From: Catajapyx aquilonaris
Taxonomy: Eukaryota
Direction: 5' to 3'
DNA: 64,000 nt
Assembly: GCA_000934665.2 (NCBI GenBank)
Contig: JYFJ02001929.1
Location: forward strand, 1-64,000
Of the stretch, positions 12,801 through 24,946 are shown piece by piece. Each line of letters begins with the position of its first letter. Position 1 is the first letter of the stretch. The translations under genes were made by a program, and so were the position numbers. Below the pieces are notes generated by a model that searched no databases, was not told the DNA's origin, and saw only the letters and a list, made by a program, of their open reading frames with translations.

Positions 12801-15800
12801 TTGGTGTGTGCTGGTGGCAAAGACGAGTCGCTCTGAGCTTATAATGAATATTAGTTGACATCAGCTTGCCGGTGATGCACAGAGAGAGAGAGACAGAGAG
12901 GCTCTGAAAGTACCAAATTGATCCTTTGATCTAGCAGCAGTGCATTTTTCAATAGGGTTTACCATACACACACAAAAAGAGGGGGTCTTTTAATTTCAAG
13001 GCGTAACATATGGTCATGGTATTGTAAAGGAGCATTATTCAATAATTGGCAGTTTATAAAAAGGACCGGATCTTACTATAATTTTAAGTTAGGTTGTTCC
13101 TAACGGTATTAAATGGTACGACCCGTAGACGTCCATTGTTGTGAAACCTGCAAATTCTTTTGAAAAATGGTTATGGATATTATTAATAATTTTCCTGCAA
13201 TATTAGGGTCAAGTGCTGAACATGGAAAGAGCAATATCCTGTACGTTATTTAGCCACGAACCATCCCCCAGAAGCATCTCATTGTCTGAACCTGAATGAA
13301 AAGCCAGTTTTAGCAGAAAACCCTTGTGAACCCACAAGCACAAGGACGATGCCCTCCCAAAAGATTTAATTACTCGACTATGGCGATATAATTGGCCAGC
13401 CAGATTTCGCACACTTGAGTCTTCCAAACCTTGGGCTCAATTGGACCCTTGTTCAGATCCGTGCTGGTGACATTTTATTTCTTCCATTGTCACTTAAGAG
13501 CACAGCTGTTCCGTTGATGTACAGTGCAGTGTACAAGCTGAAAAAGCAGGGTGTTTCATAAAGATTGGAGAAACTTCTACAGTGACCTTCCTGGCCTTGC
13601 AGACTTCATGTAGAAGTACGATCATCACTATTAATACTGATGTTCTTGTTAGATTTCACTGGATCACAACTGTTGCCTTGGATACCCGAAATGCGATCCG
13701 AAAATGTGTTTCATCCAGTAGAAGCCACACGTATTCCTCACACCTAAAAAGGGGCAACGATGAGATATCTCCTGCGGGGCTTTTGATTGGGTCCAACCCA
13801 ACCTCTGGATAATACCATGCCCCATATATTTCAGTCCCTGAACTGAAGAGGCGACGTCCGCTAATTAGTCTCACTCGCTTCAGAGTCGAGCAGCCAAAAC
13901 CATTCAACCTCCCAAAACCCCCCCTCGGAATGAAATCACTCGCCCTGCCATTATTGCATTGTTGCCTCGGCTCTTCAAAAGGATTAGTCTTCAGATATTT
14001 CTCACTCCAAGAGACACACGGTCCAGTGTTAATATTGCTGAGTTCTCCGGTCAACACCAGGCTGTTGCTGGGTCGTAATTAAAAGATGGCCGTTTGCCTG
14101 TCTCCTTCAGTCGTCCTTTATATTATTCCCACGCCCATTGGCCCATATACACCAGCAGCAGGCCCAATCCCATTAATTGGGAGGAATCGATGCCCTTGGG
14201 ATTGGAACCAAGGTTGAAGTGCAACAGTCATTAGCACGGATAGAACCTGTCCATTCTTCTGATTATTGGGCGAGGCAGCCTTTTGGCAAGTCCATTAAGT
14301 CCTTACAGGGTGATTCAATTTGTGAGCACATTTTACAAATTGGCACGAAAACAATTTCTATCATACAGATTTTTTTTGGTGAAAAATATACGAATGCCAG
14401 TAGTTATAAGGAATCTGGCCCATAAAGCAAACGGGCCCTGATTTCCAATTCACGATGCCCTCAGGAAATGTGGTCATAGTCTGGAAAGGTGCTGGTGTAG
14501 AAAAATTTGGCAACGCGATCAGAGGAGATTAATCTTCAGTTTGAATTATCATCTCCGCAAAAGGCAGCAGCAATTTGGCAATATCCGGGAGAGCAACGAA
14601 GCAATTGATCATCAATATATTTTTTTGCCCCCTTTTTTAAACCACAGCAATAACCAAGTGAGAATTTGCATGGCTCCGGAATGTCTACAACCGCAGTGGC
14701 ATCCTTTGACCATTTTGCAATTTTATGGACGTGTTATTTTTACATTTTGGATGTTGGTTTTTTTTGGAGGATAAATTATCGCTGAAATGGCCAGGACGGT
14801 TACAAATAGCAAACGTAGTATTAATCTTCCCCTATTATCGGTTTAGTGTTAGCGTTTTTTTGAATTCTGACAAAACGATCGCGGTTGGAACGAGTTAATC
14901 CGCAAAGAGCAGGCTTATAAAATAACATTTTGATAAGTGCAAGAGGTCATAAAATTTGACCACGCTTTTGTTATAGGAACGCAGAATAATCCACATACAG
15001 CTGGTAATCTATTCAGGCCAGCATTTGCAAATTAGGCTAAGTGCGATTCAATTTTCCAGATCATTCTGGCCACCTGAATCGGCTCTTTTTTCACATATAA
15101 ATGCGTTTTAAATCGCTGCAGTTGGAATGGGACACATCAGAAAATGAATATTGCACACAAATTAATCGTACAATGGATAATCCCTAGTTCAGATTGAGCT
15201 GCCACATTCAGGTAATTATATGCACTAAGTTTAGTCAATTTTTTTCTATAGAAGCAATATCCGACTCTCTGCAAGTTATTCAAACATAGGAAAGGACAAC
15301 AGAATGAAGATAAAAATAAAAGCATTTTCTTGTGGGACAAGATCAAAGCTTGCCTTTATTTGATTTTCCCGCGCCTCTTCTTATTGGGCTTGGAAATAAC
15401 ACTTTTGCTCATTTGGACCCTGCAGAAGCTGGATTATGGAGAGTGATTGGGTTGGATTGTTGAAGGGACCAGGGTTGTCTTCTTGTGCAAATGGGGAGGG
15501 ATAGAAGCAGACCTTTTTGTTCAATAAAAATGGTGAGACTGTTATCCTGCGGCCAGCCAGCCCCGGACTCTGATTGAGTGTCGGAAATATGACATCAGAA
15601 GCATGAAAGGTCCACTGGACACATTAAATTTCAAGTAGGGATTGGGGTGTAGAGGGGTGGGTTAAGTGGATCGCTCTCTTTCACACCCATTTCCACTGGG
15701 TATTGATTTCACCTTAGGGAACGATTGGCTATACCATGCTTTTTTTTCTCGGGAGGCCCCGATGGAAAGAGAGAGGTCATCGAAATGATAACGTTAAGGT

Positions 15801-18800
15801 GGTGGGGTGGCTTATCCCTTGATATAAGTGATGGGTAGAAAATGTTAGGGGAAGTTTCCGGGCCGAAAAATTGGGTTTGTACAGTTATGGGAGCCCCCCT
15901 CAGTGAGGAACAATATCGGACCCTCTGGAATTTGAGTGCAAGCGAAGCAGGAATCGAAATAAAAAATTGTCATTTCTGCCCCAGGCACGTTTTAAAATCC
16001 ATGTTGAGTTTCGGATGCCACAAAAATGTCGATACAAATTTTTTTAGTTGTGTCATTTTAGAAATGCAAAATGTGGAGGCATTTTCATTCAATACGTTAA
16101 TGACCGAAGGTGGAATTCATAATTATCTACATTTAATGAGCAATTGGAGTCAAACGCAACGTAATGGTTTTTATAAAGAGACTGTGGCTCTTTTGCTGTA
16201 TTATTTAAGTAGGCTTCAATTTTGCTATTTACATTACGCTAATTATCACATTGAAATGTACCGGTTTCATTTTTGCTAACGTAGCGTAAACTTCCATTTC
16301 AACCTCAAAAAAACTACGGCTAATTATGTATACCTCCGACCAGTTATTTGAAAATATGTAATCAGACGTCAAATTTGGTCTTACTTTAAAGCTTAATATT
16401 TTAAATTATTACGATGCATTAGGCCAGGTAAGTTAATTCCCCCTCCCCCCATTACTTCAAATTCCAACAATCGAAAAGTGGGTCCAAAATGCCTAATAAT
16501 CTGGAAAACGGAGTGGAAGTTCGCCCGCGGCTTTAATTAAAGCACCGATAGCTTTAAAGTTTACGCGCTAAGTTAATATCTCGCACTTCATTTTGCAAGA
16601 GAACTTTTAGCAACTTTTGCTCTCTGTTCGGTCGCATATAAGAACTAATTGTCACATTTCAAATAAAGATTTCTGTATATTTTCAGATGTAAAAAAAAGA
16701 TGCAGTAAAGAGAGTATCTGTTAGGAACAAAGGGATTGGTCCTTTTTGTTTCTAGAGAGGTTTGGAACTGAGCCTCGAATATATATGTGTAGGAATCTCC
16801 ATGGGGTCTGCTGATCCGAGTCTTCCTCCTGCAGGAAGTTGGCCATTTCCTCTTCCTTTTGGGCCTCTAGAGGAAAAGGTGCATGCCAGACCCATAGATT
16901 AAAACCCAAGCTATCTCGGGTAGCTAGAGGTTCACACTCGGCGTCTTCCTTCGGCTGCTTCGACAACTTAATGGAACTTATCTCGACCCCAGCATCTCGG
17001 GGAAAGCATAATTAATTTCTCTAAAAGGAGGGGGGAGAGAGAGAGGTAGGTTGGTGGTGGAGGGTTGGATATGAAGCAATCTACATAAACCTCGTTCGCC
17101 AGGAAATGCCTTTCTTGCAACGACTTTCTCGGGACATTAGCATTGGGTGGGCGGAGAAACCTGGCAATTGCTTCATTTCGGCTGCCTGCGCTTGCATGTC
17201 TGGAGGGAGAGAAAATGAAACCGTTGGTAGCTGTTACACGAGGCTCCTGGCGGCCACTAACACTTCTTAATTGTGCGTTTTGACACGGTGACGATTGTTA
17301 ACAAGTTAATAAACTGTGGAAAAGTATACAGCAGCTTCTCGAGGAAGATGTCTGAGCCCTTTTCTTTGGGAGGGATTATGCCCAAAATTGTGTCTTCCAC
17401 CACCAGTGCATTCATCCTGGCCCAACCCAACCCACACGTAATAATTTTTATAATACTACAATCGGTAATGTAACACTATTTTCATAATCGGCAGGATGTG
17501 TACATCGACATAAATATTTTGCACACTAACTTCAATTCCGCTTTAATCTTGCGGAGGGCGTTATTGTGTATTAACGATTGCGCCCTGACTAAATGGCCGC
17601 AAAAACCATAAAGCCAATGTTGCCTCTCTTAATGGCATTTTGAGGGCGATAACACGAAGTGTAAATTTATGCATGTGGCAATGATTATCGCGGTGCCGAA
17701 GCCCACCCCAACTAGACTATAACATAAAAAATAATAAAATGAAAATCCACACACACACCTCATTCATATCACGTGCAAAGCGTTAGCTACGTAATCCATA
17801 GCTCTGATTCATATTTCGAAAAAAAAAAAGGCTGTATAGGGCCAATCATAATAATTCGTGTAACACAAGTTAATGAACTGATCAGACCAAAAAACAACCT
17901 CCACTTTTAATTAAATTCAACATTAAACCGGGTGCGACATCCGTCACTTTCAGAAACCTTTTCGTGTTACACCCTGTACATCGGTTATGATCCGGGCCTC
18001 TCCTCTGCTCGAATTTGTCACACGTAGCTATCGTAGCGTTATCAATTTAGCATATGTAGCACATAGTCCATTACCAATCCAATAAGCCTATAAAAGCGTC
18101 CGGCAAACATCAATAACGCCTGACAAACGGCCTTCTCATAATGAGCTCTGGACAACATGCAAATTCACCGGCAGAATTTAGAGGCGTCAATGTGACACAA
18201 TTTCGGCCTCTGTGTGACATCTATGAAGAAATAGACCGGGTCTAGTCAGTGCTGCTCGTTGCACAAAAAGTAGGAACTATCGTGCAATTTATGAGTAAAA
18301 CCAATAGTTAACGCCAATACGCGTAAAAAAAATTGATACTTTAGCAGTATCTTCTTGGCACGTTTTGTTCACACGATCTAACAACTTCATGTCTAATATA
18401 TTCTCTATACACAACAACGATCGATTTTTACCGGTACCAATACATATTCTCGTTTCCAATAAGCTGGGCCAGATAGTAATCGAAATTTATCATGTTGCAA
18501 ATTGAAAGCCTCCCCCCCCCCCTCCGATTACAACTTGGCAATTTTTTGGGGCGCCCCTGGGTGTACTTTGTGTGTGGGTTTTGCGGCTGGCAGTGTTTGG
18601 CCCTGCCCCATTGACATTCCTCTTCCGTATTGGGGAGGCCAGAGGGGTGAAAAGGGCAGGGGGCTGTGTATAAGTAGAGGGTTGGAGGTCAGAAAAAAAT
18701 GAGAGGATAAAAACGGAGACCTGAACAAACTGCAAAGTTCATTCAAGTGTAGACTAAGTTTAATACACGATGCAGCGATGGAAGTGTCGTAGGTTGTATC

Positions 18801-21484
18801 CGAGACAGATTGTCGCTAAGGGGACCATTATTCCACAGACAGAACAAGTGCATCATTCCAGAGGTTTGTTGGTTAAAAAATAGTGCATAGTGTGAAAGTA
18901 GATTCAAATGTTAAACAAAAAGTAGTTTGTTACTTTTTCTAACTGTATAATGTGCAGACAACCACAACTCTACATCAGAATATGTACATTTTGAGAAGAG
19001 AATACTGCAGAAAGTTACTTTTCCATCCCAAAAATATGCAGTTGTTGGCCATTCACACTTTGTACTGTACACTGGTACAGTAAAAGTGTGTTAGAAATGC
19101 CTTTGATCTTCATGCGCTTGAGAACCTTCACTTAGTTGTTGCAGATTCTGCGCATCTTTTAGTGTAGCATGAAATCAGGTCCAGCTCTGGTTCCTGTAAG
19201 CTAACTTGCTCACTGACTTCATCTACATGTAACTACAATTTGGAAAAACAAGCTTTACATCCTAAATATTAACTATTTCGTGCAAACAACTACTGCATTA
19301 TAAACATGAATAGTTTGGTCAAAATACGCATGAAAAATATAGCATGAATATTATTATCCAAATGTCAATGCCTTTGATTGCATTTCAAAAATAATACTAG
19401 GCATAATTATGTCACGGAGTGCAGAACAGTCTTCCATAATATTACTGTATAATAAAGGTGAGAAAATATTATTGCAGCCAGTTGTGCTTGAAAATGGTAA
19501 TGACTTTACAAGTACTTGAAGCTCGACAGAGTGTGTTGTCATAACGTCTTGTTATTACAGTAAGTCTACAGCGATTTCATCAACTTGGATAAAATTCATA
19601 TGCAGCGCCAGTTAGGATCTCATGTACCGTAACCTGAACTTTGAGCCTAATTTTGTCAGATTGACAATAAGTGGCAGGCTCAAAGAAAATCCAATAATAT
19701 ACTGTACACCTTGCTGGTTGTGAAAGTGTTCATAGCCATTTGAACTAAGGTGAAATCACCTGAGACCAGGTAGGAAATAAAAGATTGGCTCCTTTTTTTC
19801 CCTTCAATTCAGTCATAATGCAGTCTCTTTCCGGATTGCTGAGTCGCACTCATTTTAACGGGTCGTACTTAAATTAGCTGTAAATCACAAAATGCCTCAG
19901 TTAATATAAAAAAACGAGAGAGAAGATGGCAAAAGAGCAATTAAGTGGAATTGAATGGCTCCATTTTTGCCTCCTTTAATGCGTAGCGCTAAATAGCTGA
20001 ATAGTAATAGAATAATTAAATGAAATTTTACGGGACCTAACTCGCTCTGATGCAATAAGATGCCAACCTCATTTCGGAATCTTCGCTTCCTAGGAAAAAG
20101 CCTCTTATACTGTACGTATTTTTTTCCAAATATTATTTTTAAACCACAAGTTCCTAAACATATCATCGTATATTTGAAATTGGCTGATTATCATTGCTGA
20201 TTATGATGAATGCGATGCTCTGAACTAGTCAAATGAATCATATGCAATTTTATTACTATGTTCCCATGACACGTATTGTAATTCATACAGTATCTGCACA
20301 TACTTCTGCACATGTATATCCTGGGAGTGAGGCTTCCATGCGAGCATGAAAGACATGAGGTTAGCTCTTCACAGTCAGGATGTCAACCAATGTTCAACAC
20401 GAACTACAGATAAATTGTGCACAAAATACACTACCCAAATTCAAGCAGGCCTGCTTTAAAACAATCCCTTACAAAGTGCCACCTGTCGGTGTGTAACAGG
20501 CGAGAATAAGCGACAATAATCCTGCGGGTTCTATTTGACAATGAATAAAGAAAAAGGGTTGGTTGGTTGGGGGGGGATTTCCCGCGGACACTGCCTCACT
20601 TTCCATTTACACTGCAATCCTGGAGCAGTTGAAGAGAGATCAACCTTCAAGTGGAGACGGGGTTTGGAAGGGATTTGGTTTCCTTAACGTGGCAATTCGG
20701 TGAAAATGGTGGGAGGAAGGGGGGGGGGGGACCTCCAGGAGAAAACGCGGCCCGTTCTGGAACGAAGTAACTTTTTTTTTCTTTCGTTGTTGGAAAAGCT
20801 CTCTTTCCCCCCCCCCCCTTCACTTTCAGAGGATCTCATGATTCCAAGGCGCCTTCAATCTGCTCCCCTTCTTTTTGCTATGTATGGAAATCGAGGGCTC
20901 TTCCTCGGTGCCAATAATGCGGATGACTTTTGCTCCCATCCGCTCCTAGTTTGAAATGCAGATTGACACTCGCTGGCAGCCAGCAGCATTGTTGAAGAGA
21001 AGGTCGGATAAGGAAGGAATTTTAGCTCACTATGCAGATATTAAATATTTACTGGTCACTCGAAATAATTTTAAGGCCAACTCTTTAGTGGCAAAAAGGA
21101 CAGAAGTTTGTTCCTTTTGGGCAAGTCTTTTGAATTGGAGGGCAATGATTTGGGAAGCGGAAGCTGATCCTTTCGGTTCCGTTGCTGCCAAAAGATGAAA
21201 AGGTTTTTCGGTCCAGCCCCAGCATCACTCGCTCGGTCCACTTCTCTCTTACAACCCTGCTGGAAAAGAGGGACTGTTTGGACCCCCATTTTCATTCCCT
21301 GTCCGTACTTTTGCTCGCTTTTGCAACACTTGGTTGCCTTTCCTAGCTGCTTGTTTTTTACCTAACTTTTTTGGGAGGGAAACCTCATCTGACTAGCAAA
21401 ACTTGAGGGCTACTCGTTAATGAAATTCGGAGGATAATCTGATGTTGCGTGATAGCCCTTTAGCGATCCATGTCCAGAACTGGG
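3828..21484. repeat. Left arm of a large diverged inverted duplication (~20 conserved non-coding blocks)
   Basis: Approximate reverse-complement pairs: 3828-3990/63845-64000; 4330-4630/63480-63770; 4720-4870/63200-63350; 5020-5340/62810-63100; 5405-5480/62445-62545; 6300-6790/61600-62100; 7330-8610/60250-61450; 9040-9245/59200-59400; 10140-10470/58290-58615; 11139-11389/57885-58136; 12120-12235/57295-57400; 12490-12580/56738-56826; 12765-12862/56190-56292; 14065-14225/55090-55245; 15330-15735/54470-54900; 16530-16620/54170-54256; 17600-17650/53555-53610; 19850-20020/51550-51720; 21090-21484/50290-50730. Confidence 0.95.
10907..10976 (+). repeat. Tandem 10-mer (AGGATAGGTT)n, TTAGG-related
   Basis: About 6-7 imperfect copies read directly. 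Confidence 0.85.
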
Positions 21485-24400
21485 AGGAAAAAAAAAGTTC
21501 GAGTTTTTGAAATATTTATAGCAGCCGCCAAAATGCTTTCAAGAGTTCACTCACATGCCAGGAACTATAAAATTACGTTTCAAGTGTGATGTTATAATTG
21601 GAGTTTTTTTCCCTTGCAGCGACGGTTAGGAAATGATCAAAGCTTACATATATGCCAGCCTTCAGGAGCTTACCATTTCATTATTACAGATTGTGATTCC
21701 CACTTGTGTTGGTAACATTTTCAACATAAACGTTGCATCAGGCAAACCCTGGGCAAACCTCAATCCCTCGCTTGCTCAGGATAACTTAGTCAGATATTAA
21801 CGGGGTTATTCCAGACCATGTAGGTCCTTAAACCCCGGGCCCCTGCTCAGGATAACTAAGTACCTCAACCAAAAGTTCCATTTGTCTCTCTAAGGGCTCA
21901 CTTGAGTCTTACATTATGACGATGGCTAGGAGAGGTCTTACCCCATGTAAGATTCAAGCTCACAAATAGGGTGGTTTGACCTGCACAAATTTCGCAAATG
22001 TTAATTCAAAGTTTGCTTTCAGTCGCACAATATTGATGTGTACTGTACGTCATCATAATGTATAATTTAGACTAAAATATATCCAGGTCCTTTACACATT
22101 TTCCAACCTTTTCAACGTCATACGAGCAAAATTTGACCCCATATTCTGGGCCCAAGCTTTTGGTCAGGGAGCCAACATCTCACGGGTGTCTGGCAGGCAA
22201 TCCAGGCCTATCAAGCCGAGAATGGAGATGATCCTTCTCCAGGCGAGAGAGGCCTTTTTAGCAAGAAGAGGCTTCCACAAACTAAGGCCCATCTACACTG
22301 TTGGCTTTTCCAATCGGGATTAGGCCTAGGACAAGTGACAGGCACCTCCCCATTCTACTTTGGATCAAGCCAACGTTTAAAGCATAGAATGTGTAGAACG
22401 AACGTGTCACTGCTCGTAAGTTACATCATAAAGTATCCTGCCAATATCTTGCTTCAATTTTTTTTTTAAAGTACGTGACATTGTGGCCTGTTGTTAATAT
22501 TAAGAATGAAAAATGATGTGTGGTGGTGACTTGCGGATTGCTCGTGAAGAGTATAATTTATCATTGTGCAAATTCAGATTTTTCTAGCTCCCTTTCGAAA
22601 ATAAACTATAAATTAAATAATAAAAAAACATTACGGGTGTTGGAAATATCTGAATAAAAGCAAAAAAAAATTAATTCTGACAAATCGTTAACTTTTCCCT
22701 GAAATCAATCGTCTGTATGCGGATCGTCGTGTCTTAGTTTTCAGGAGAGATACCTCAAAGATCCTGAAGCGCGTTGATCCAGAGACAAATGCAAGGCATG
22801 GCCAAAACTCTATCGGTCCCTTCGGCCCTCCAAATTTCGCTTTTTGCCTCCCTCTCGAAAGATGGCAGGTCCCGATGAGAAAAGCTCCTTAATCGGATAG
22901 GACCTCTGGGACGCATATCACTTCCACCCACACTTCTATATGAAATATGTTTAACCTTTTTTCTATCCCTCTTGCAAGGCGAGAACGCGGAATTTTTTTT
23001 AAACGTCTCATTTTAAGATAGACAACCACTATGAATACCATAAAAAATAATTCAATTATCCCTCCCTTTGATGTGATCCACCTAAGTTTATAACCCATCC
23101 TCATGTACTGTGATCATCATCCTGCATCCAGCCTCTTCTCCGGATGTTGGAAGTGACCTTCGGAATTAACCCGGATTCCAGACCCCCCCCCCCCCCCTCA
23201 TTCCATTGCATAGTCACCATAAATCCGGGTCCGGGTTAAGGAAATGGAGCGGTTCCATTCCAGTCGTGGTGATGCTCGGTCCCCCAACTCTCTCTCTGGT
23301 CTTCCTCCGGACCGGTGCGATATCTCAGTATTCATAACGGAATTCATTTCCCGACATCATTAGCCGCTTCACTACCTATTACTGCGAGCTCTAGTCGTCT
23401 ACGTTATAGCCAGAGACATACTGAACTGAGCCTTACACAACGGATTCGCTCTGATGTAGTAGGGGACGCATTTTATATATATTTAACAGGTAGATGCTGC
23501 AGGACAATCGACAGTAACAGAAAGTCGGTTATGAAAAGCCATATCTGCTAATAAAATTAATCGTGTTTTTTTGTTGTTCGAGAGCAATATCATATAGAGA
23601 GCGGGAGTAAGGCGGAATATACTGATAAAAAAAATTTTTTTTTTGGGGGGGGGGAGTCTAGGGAGGTTATTATCGATCGAGAAAAAGTTGGTGGGGTCTC
23701 AGATGGAGTCGCGCTTTGTTGGTCCCAAGCAGCTGAAAAAGACTCCGATCTGCCAGCAGGAGTGTTTGGTCTACGACCTTTTTTTCCAACATTGGACAGG
23801 TGATCACCAGACCGATAACCATTACTTAACTGGTTGAGCTTATATGGATTGCCCCGAAAATATATATATATTAGCTACAGGAACACAAAAATAACTCAGC
23901 ATAAGTCACACTTGAATAATCAAGAGATATGAATTACTAGCAGTGAATCCCGTTCTTCGCACGGCCTGTTTCCATGGTAATGTAATAAACAGTAATCAAC
24001 TGTTGTGTTTTGATGCCATGGAAACCACGACGCCATGGACAAACTAACTAACTTTTACTCACATATAAGACAGGGTGGGAAGAGGAGGTTATGTGGCGTG
24101 CGTAACAATGGCGCAGATGAGAAACCAAGCGCCATTAAAAACAAAAGAACCCTCAATTTTGGGAATGTATACTCACAAAAGTGAGGTTTTCGGACGTTTC
24201 CCTGAATCAGCGGCAGGTAATCCATCAGTGTGCCAAGTTTCAGCACTCTCAGTAGTCCAGAAGTGGGTTAGGTAACCCGGACAAACAATCTTTCTCGTTT
24301 ACACTATATGCAAGATGTCCGGACTGTCCACTTAGTACTTTACTCTTCCCACAGATGGCGCGTCCTCCCTTTCTGCACACTACTGCCACTCTCAGTCGTG

Positions 24401-24783
24401 CGGGGGGTAGTGGTACTACAGTACATCCAATTGTCCAGTCCACATTGCTTTGAGTATAGTTTAGTTCCGGAGACGAATTAGATAATTTGGTTTCGGGGAG
24501 GACCAAGCTGGCAGCGGCGCCTGTGCGCGGGAAAGGACCGGAATCGGGTTTTGGCACAGGGGGAAGGAGGAGGAGGGTTTGGGAGGGTGGAAGGGGAGGC
24601 ATCCACCCACCCACCCACTGCAATAGAGGCAGTGGCAGTCAGGGTCGGAGGGGAGGCGGGAGGGGAGGTCGTCTGGCTCCGGGGCAGCATATCACCAAAA
24701 ACCTGTCTCCTCTATCATCTAAACCCGAAGCTTGACGGATGCGGGTCAGGTGACCCAGAGTTCAACTCGCGGGGGGAATTATA

Positions 24784-24946
24784 ATGTACGGGTCAAAGTT
24801 GAGTGGTGGCGTGGCCATGGACACGTGCGGGTGTTGTCGCGTCCAGTGCGTGACATGTTGGCCCGTCACTAAGACTTTGGCTTGCTGGACCATACTGGCC
24901 ATCGTCTCACCTTGCGTCTTGGCCCTACCACCTGTCATTAGATTAG
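24784..24946 (+). CDS. iGluR coding exon 1 (signal peptide, ...[19 protein letters not shown])
   Basis: In-frame ATGs at 24784 and 24817; hydrophobic stretch then LPPVIRL; donor G|GTGAGT, phase 1, matching exon 2. Which ATG is used is uncertain. Confidence 0.85.

Noticed and set aside
13656..14057. 133-aa minus-strand ORF
   Set aside because: No recognisable domain, non-ATG start, no counterpart in the other arm
15842..16279. 145-aa ORF
   Set aside because: No recognisable motif or exon context; lies in an unconserved spacer
21771..21861. Two ~18 nt direct repeats (TGCTCAGGATAACT..GT), superficially CRISPR-like
   Set aside because: Only two copies, eukaryotic context, no cas genes; ordinary local duplication
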